From NCBI GenBank assembly GCA_964016885.1, contig OZ024748.1:15624001-15688000 (forward strand): DNA of 64,000 bases. The letters are read 5' to 3'. Positions 60,257-64,000 of this stretch are shown here, piece after piece. A model generated the notes under the pieces. It saw only the letters and a list, made by a program, of their open reading frames with translations, was not told the origin of the DNA and did not search any database. Numbering within the stretch: position 1 is the first letter of the stretch; each line of letters begins with the position of its first letter. This stretch comes from Eledone cirrhosa. Its lineage: Eukaryota. A program made the position numbers and the translations under genes.

Positions 60257-60500
60257 ATATATATATATATATACGATATCGTAAAATACTCCAAAACTTG
60301 TTGAGTGCTTTTATATCAGTTATAAAATATTTACTCGTTGTAACCCAACAATTTTAAATTAAACTTTTGCATATATATATATATATATCCAAGAATGAAA
60401 AGGATATATATATATATATATATATCCAAGAATGAAAGGGATATATATATATATCCAAGAATGAAAGCGATATATATATATATATATCCAAGAATGAAAG

Positions 60501-60535
<35 letters not shown>

Positions 60536-60662
60536 AAGTTATATTTAAAATTGTTGGGTTACAACTAGTAAATATTTATAACTGATATAAAAGCACTCGA
60601 CAAATATTGGAGTATATTTACAATATTAAATAAATGGAAAACTATATTTATAAAACCATATC

Positions 60663-60728
60663 TATTTCATTATATATATTTCGGGGATATCATATTAACA
60701 ATATGCTATGCCTTCATCAGACAAAATA
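60663..60728 (-). ncRNA. Type I minimal hammerhead ribozyme
   Basis: TATTTTGT-CTGATGA-AGGCATAGCATATT..AATATGATATCCCC-GAAA-TATATA-TA-ATGAAATA. Confidence 0.8.
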
Positions 60729-60828
60729 CATCAGACAAAATTTTCACTGCTAGAGTGAACCTCTTCAAATGAAGTTGATGTTTATTACGGTATGTCGAAT
60801 ATATTTATCTATAAAACTGTTTATATTG

Positions 60829-60894
60829 TATTTTGTCCGATGAAGGCATAGCATATTGTTAATATGATATCCCCGAAATATATATAATGAAATA
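60829..60894 (+). ncRNA. Hammerhead copy with mutated core (CCGATGA)
   Basis: Inverted twin of 60663-60728 with U4>C. Confidence 0.65.
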
Positions 60895-60932
60895 GATATG
60901 GTTTTATAAATATAGTTTTCCATTTATTTAAT

Positions 60933-60971
<39 letters not shown>

Positions 60972-61269
60972 CTTTCATTCTTCGATATCTGCCAAGAAGT
61001 ACTTTTGATTGACATGATGGGAATAAATTTGTCCCGTGACTTGGTCTATAAATTTGTCCTGAATATAGGTAAAGTCATGTCAGGGAAACTGTGGTTGCTC
61101 TGTTGGGCTAAAATATACTTTAGACTTTAGAAATTACTAGCTCTTCTATACACAATACCATATATTATTCTATGGGAGATCCCCTCCTCTATTTCAAACT
61201 TAACGTCATCAATAACATCCTGATAACCTAAACCCATTTATTTGATTATAAAAGTTGTCTTAGTAATTA

Positions 61270-61363
61270 ATTGTTTCTACTTTTGGCACAAGGCCAGCAA
61301 TTATTCCAGTGTATTACTGGTACTTTATTTTATCGACCCCGTAAGGATGAAAGGCGGAGTTAA
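61270..61363 (-). mobile_element. Partial SINE
   Basis: 3' half of the 3446 family, antisense. Confidence 0.8.
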
Positions 61364-62179
61364 TCTTTTTCTCACTCTATTCTCTCACTTTCTATTCTAC
61401 ACTGGAAAAACGACTGTATTCATACCTGTAGAGATGTGCTCTGTCAGGTTTTAAAATGCCCTAGAAGTGCCACGCCGTATGACAATATGGCGCCCCTAGC
61501 ACTTCCTCGGGTGTTATATGTCCATACATATGATCAACATGTGTACAATTGTGATTTCAATTTCCTCTGAGCTAACGTACTTGAGTTATGAGTTCTCATA
61601 CATTTAGACATTTTACAAGCATTCTGTAACGGACAGTAAGTAGCACTGCATGGATAAAAAGAGGACCAAATTTAATTATGCATTAATATGCTTGGTTGAT
61701 ACACTAGATTTTAAATTCCCCAAAGATCATCGTAGCTAAATTAAGTTTGGGGTTGTTAAAGGAAATCGAAAATAAAATAGAATTCAAGGAATGGAGTCGA
61801 AGACAGAGACATACAGCAAGAATTGGTAATAAAATATATAGAAATATGTATTTAGAATAAATGGTGAATTTGAAAATGTCAAGAAAGTCACAATAGTTAA
61901 GTAATAACTTCTCTTAACCCTTTCAACACCAACCGACCCAAAACCACCTCTATTAAAGTGCTTAAATTGAAATTCAAACTTTCAACTGAAATCTCATTAT
62001 TACATGACAGATAGTATTAGATTTCACTAGTTTAGATATTTGTCTTATATTATTAAGTTGAAAGTATATACTCTGTGTATCCAGTTTAAATAAATACATT
62101 GTATCCCTAGGTGTTGTAAGACATGTCTAAATATATTGATACATTGCTGTGCTTATGCAGCTTAGAACAGGCACCCCAT

Positions 62180-62415
62180 ATCACTGTGTATCCTATGAGG
62201 CAAAATAAAGTTGCTGTCAGGTAGATTTTATGGGCAAAACCAACCAACACGAGATCCAGGGGTAGACCACAAGCAAGTTGGTTGGATAACATTCATGTGT
62301 TCGGCTGGTCTGCTTTGGGAATCTAGCCAGATCAATTGGAGATGGCTGATTCTGACAGGATATGCTGGAAGGCGTGCTTGGAACCTCTGCCCTAACGACC
62401 CTCTCAGGAATAAGT
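62180..62415 (+). mobile_element. Old RTE-like LINE 3' fragment
   Basis: AKPTNTRSRGRPQASWLDNI..DQLEMADSDRICWK. Confidence 0.65.
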
Positions 62416-62460
62416 GAAAGAAGAAGATTACTTTTTTTTAAAACACAAATGCAGTATATT

Positions 62461-62690
62461 CATCAACATCGTTTTATGCCCGTTCTTCTATGCTTGCATC
62501 AGTTGAAAGGGTCCTTCTCAGCACAGCAGATCTCCACTCACTGCATTTATTCGTCATCTTTTTTGTGAGTTTCAGTCATTTGAGGTCAGCTCTCACCACA
62601 CCACCTTTGCCCAGGGTTTTCTTGGTCTACCTCAACTGCGACTTCCTTCCACTGGAATTTTCTGGCACTTCTTCAGCCATCAATCATCTT
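62461..62690 (-). mobile_element. Decayed RTE 3' fragment (family of 9213-9465)
   Basis: Antisense of ..GRPRKTLGK..RADL plus tail. Confidence 0.7.
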
Positions 62691-64000
62691 TCTTACAAAA
62701 GTGTTAATTGAATTATATGTCATTTTGGTAGTAGCCATAGCTCAATTTCCAATAAAACTGTTGATTTCAATGTTGAGATTCCATAGCAAAACTCTTGGAG
62801 ATTAGTGAGAAGCAGATATTAGTAACATTTACTAAGAACGCATGGTTCTTATTAAATAAATTGTGGAAATTAATGTTAACATGACACAAACGAGAATTCA
62901 TTATCAAATTAGGTTTCAAAATTAGACGAAAATTAAGTAAACCACATGAGATTCCTATAAAGTCTGATGTAAAGGAATGTTAGTTAATTAAGTGCCAAGT
63001 GAAATACTGCCAGTAAAACTAATTATTCTGTGCCACTGTTAAGATAGTTAAAGCTTGGTTCAGTTAGTTAACTAACTACTGAACCAGTTCTAATGTCCAG
63101 AGCATTAGTAAGTTACACCTTTTGTGACACCTAAACCCAGACTTAACCCAGCTCCCATAGGACTGTCTTATCTGTGTTAATTGCTTGTTCAAAACAACAA
63201 CAACTACCCGCTTCACAAAGTCAATAAAGGAGAATATGTGATTACTTGATCTGTTAAAAATAGTAGCAAAATCTCCTTCAAATCAGATACCAAGCTAAAA
63301 CTTCAACTACTTCTTCCCTAATAGCTGCGTGGAGAAGTTTATCATATGATGTTATAATCTGTCACATGATTGGACATGGGTGAGTGTGGACTGTGTAGTA
63401 GAAAATGCAGGCTTAGTAATTTCTTTACTGTGGTCAGAGAAAGAAGTGTCAAAATCTTGGATCATCAGCTTATGAAATCTTAATATGAAGTTATTTCATT
63501 TAGAAGAATGGAGGTGAATATATGAGAGACAGAAGTGTACATTTTAGAGCTAGCCTAGGCTGTTAACTACCAAGTTATTGGCTATGATTTCACTCGATAG
63601 TTCTTCCCCAAAAGCTATGAACAGTGATGCCTGCAGGAATCCAACCTCACATCTGCTCTATATTGGACAGCTGCAATAGATATTACACTATATGACTATT
63701 TTATTGTTAATATAGGAATTGTAGCAGCTTTTCACAATAAAAGAAAATGAATTTCCAATTTTACATAAATACACACACATACACACACATATATATACAT
63801 ATATACACACACAAATATATACATATATACACACACAAATATACACACATATATATACACACACACACGCACACAAACATACACAAACATATATACACAC
63901 ACACATCTATACACACACACACACATATCTATATACACACACATACATACACAGATATATATGCTTCGGTCCAGCTAACTTTTTAAATTAACTCCACAGT

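Larger units (their letters stand above)
60274..60940. mobile_element. Non-coding PLE-like insertion with an inverted hammerhead pair (family of 24836-25237)
   Basis: 60274-60370 inverted vs 60533-60630; 60620-60730 inverted vs 60827-60938. Confidence 0.8.

Overview
Eukaryotic, AT-rich, repeat-dominated window. The SINE, RTE and microsatellite content strongly resembles octopod cephalopod DNA (inference from family recognition, not a database hit). No host protein-coding gene can be supported, and nearly all ORF-track entries are translations of (TA/CA)n or trinucleotide repeats. The real coding sequence is all from transposons. It comprises a 5'-truncated but open RTE LINE ORF2 (4591-6555, minus strand, with a PHD-like Zn finger inside the RT), a second short RTE copy (59428-60256), older LINE fragments, and a Penelope-like element (PLE) with a C-terminal GIY-YIG endonuclease. 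The PLE is present twice around a 200-N gap (43088-48205 and 51511-56964). The most interesting signal is a community of retroelements sitting in (TA)n. There are at least four hammerhead-ribozyme-bearing sequence families (three intact cores, one of them duplicated, plus several decayed ones), fold-back and inverted insertions, and kb-long TA arrays that appear to be built from reiterated copies of the local target site. Also present: many tRNA-SINEs, piggyBac-type and Tigger-type MITEs, a 47x54-bp minisatellite, and a weak promoter/exon signal around 34 kb. Boundaries were read by eye and may be off by a few bases.
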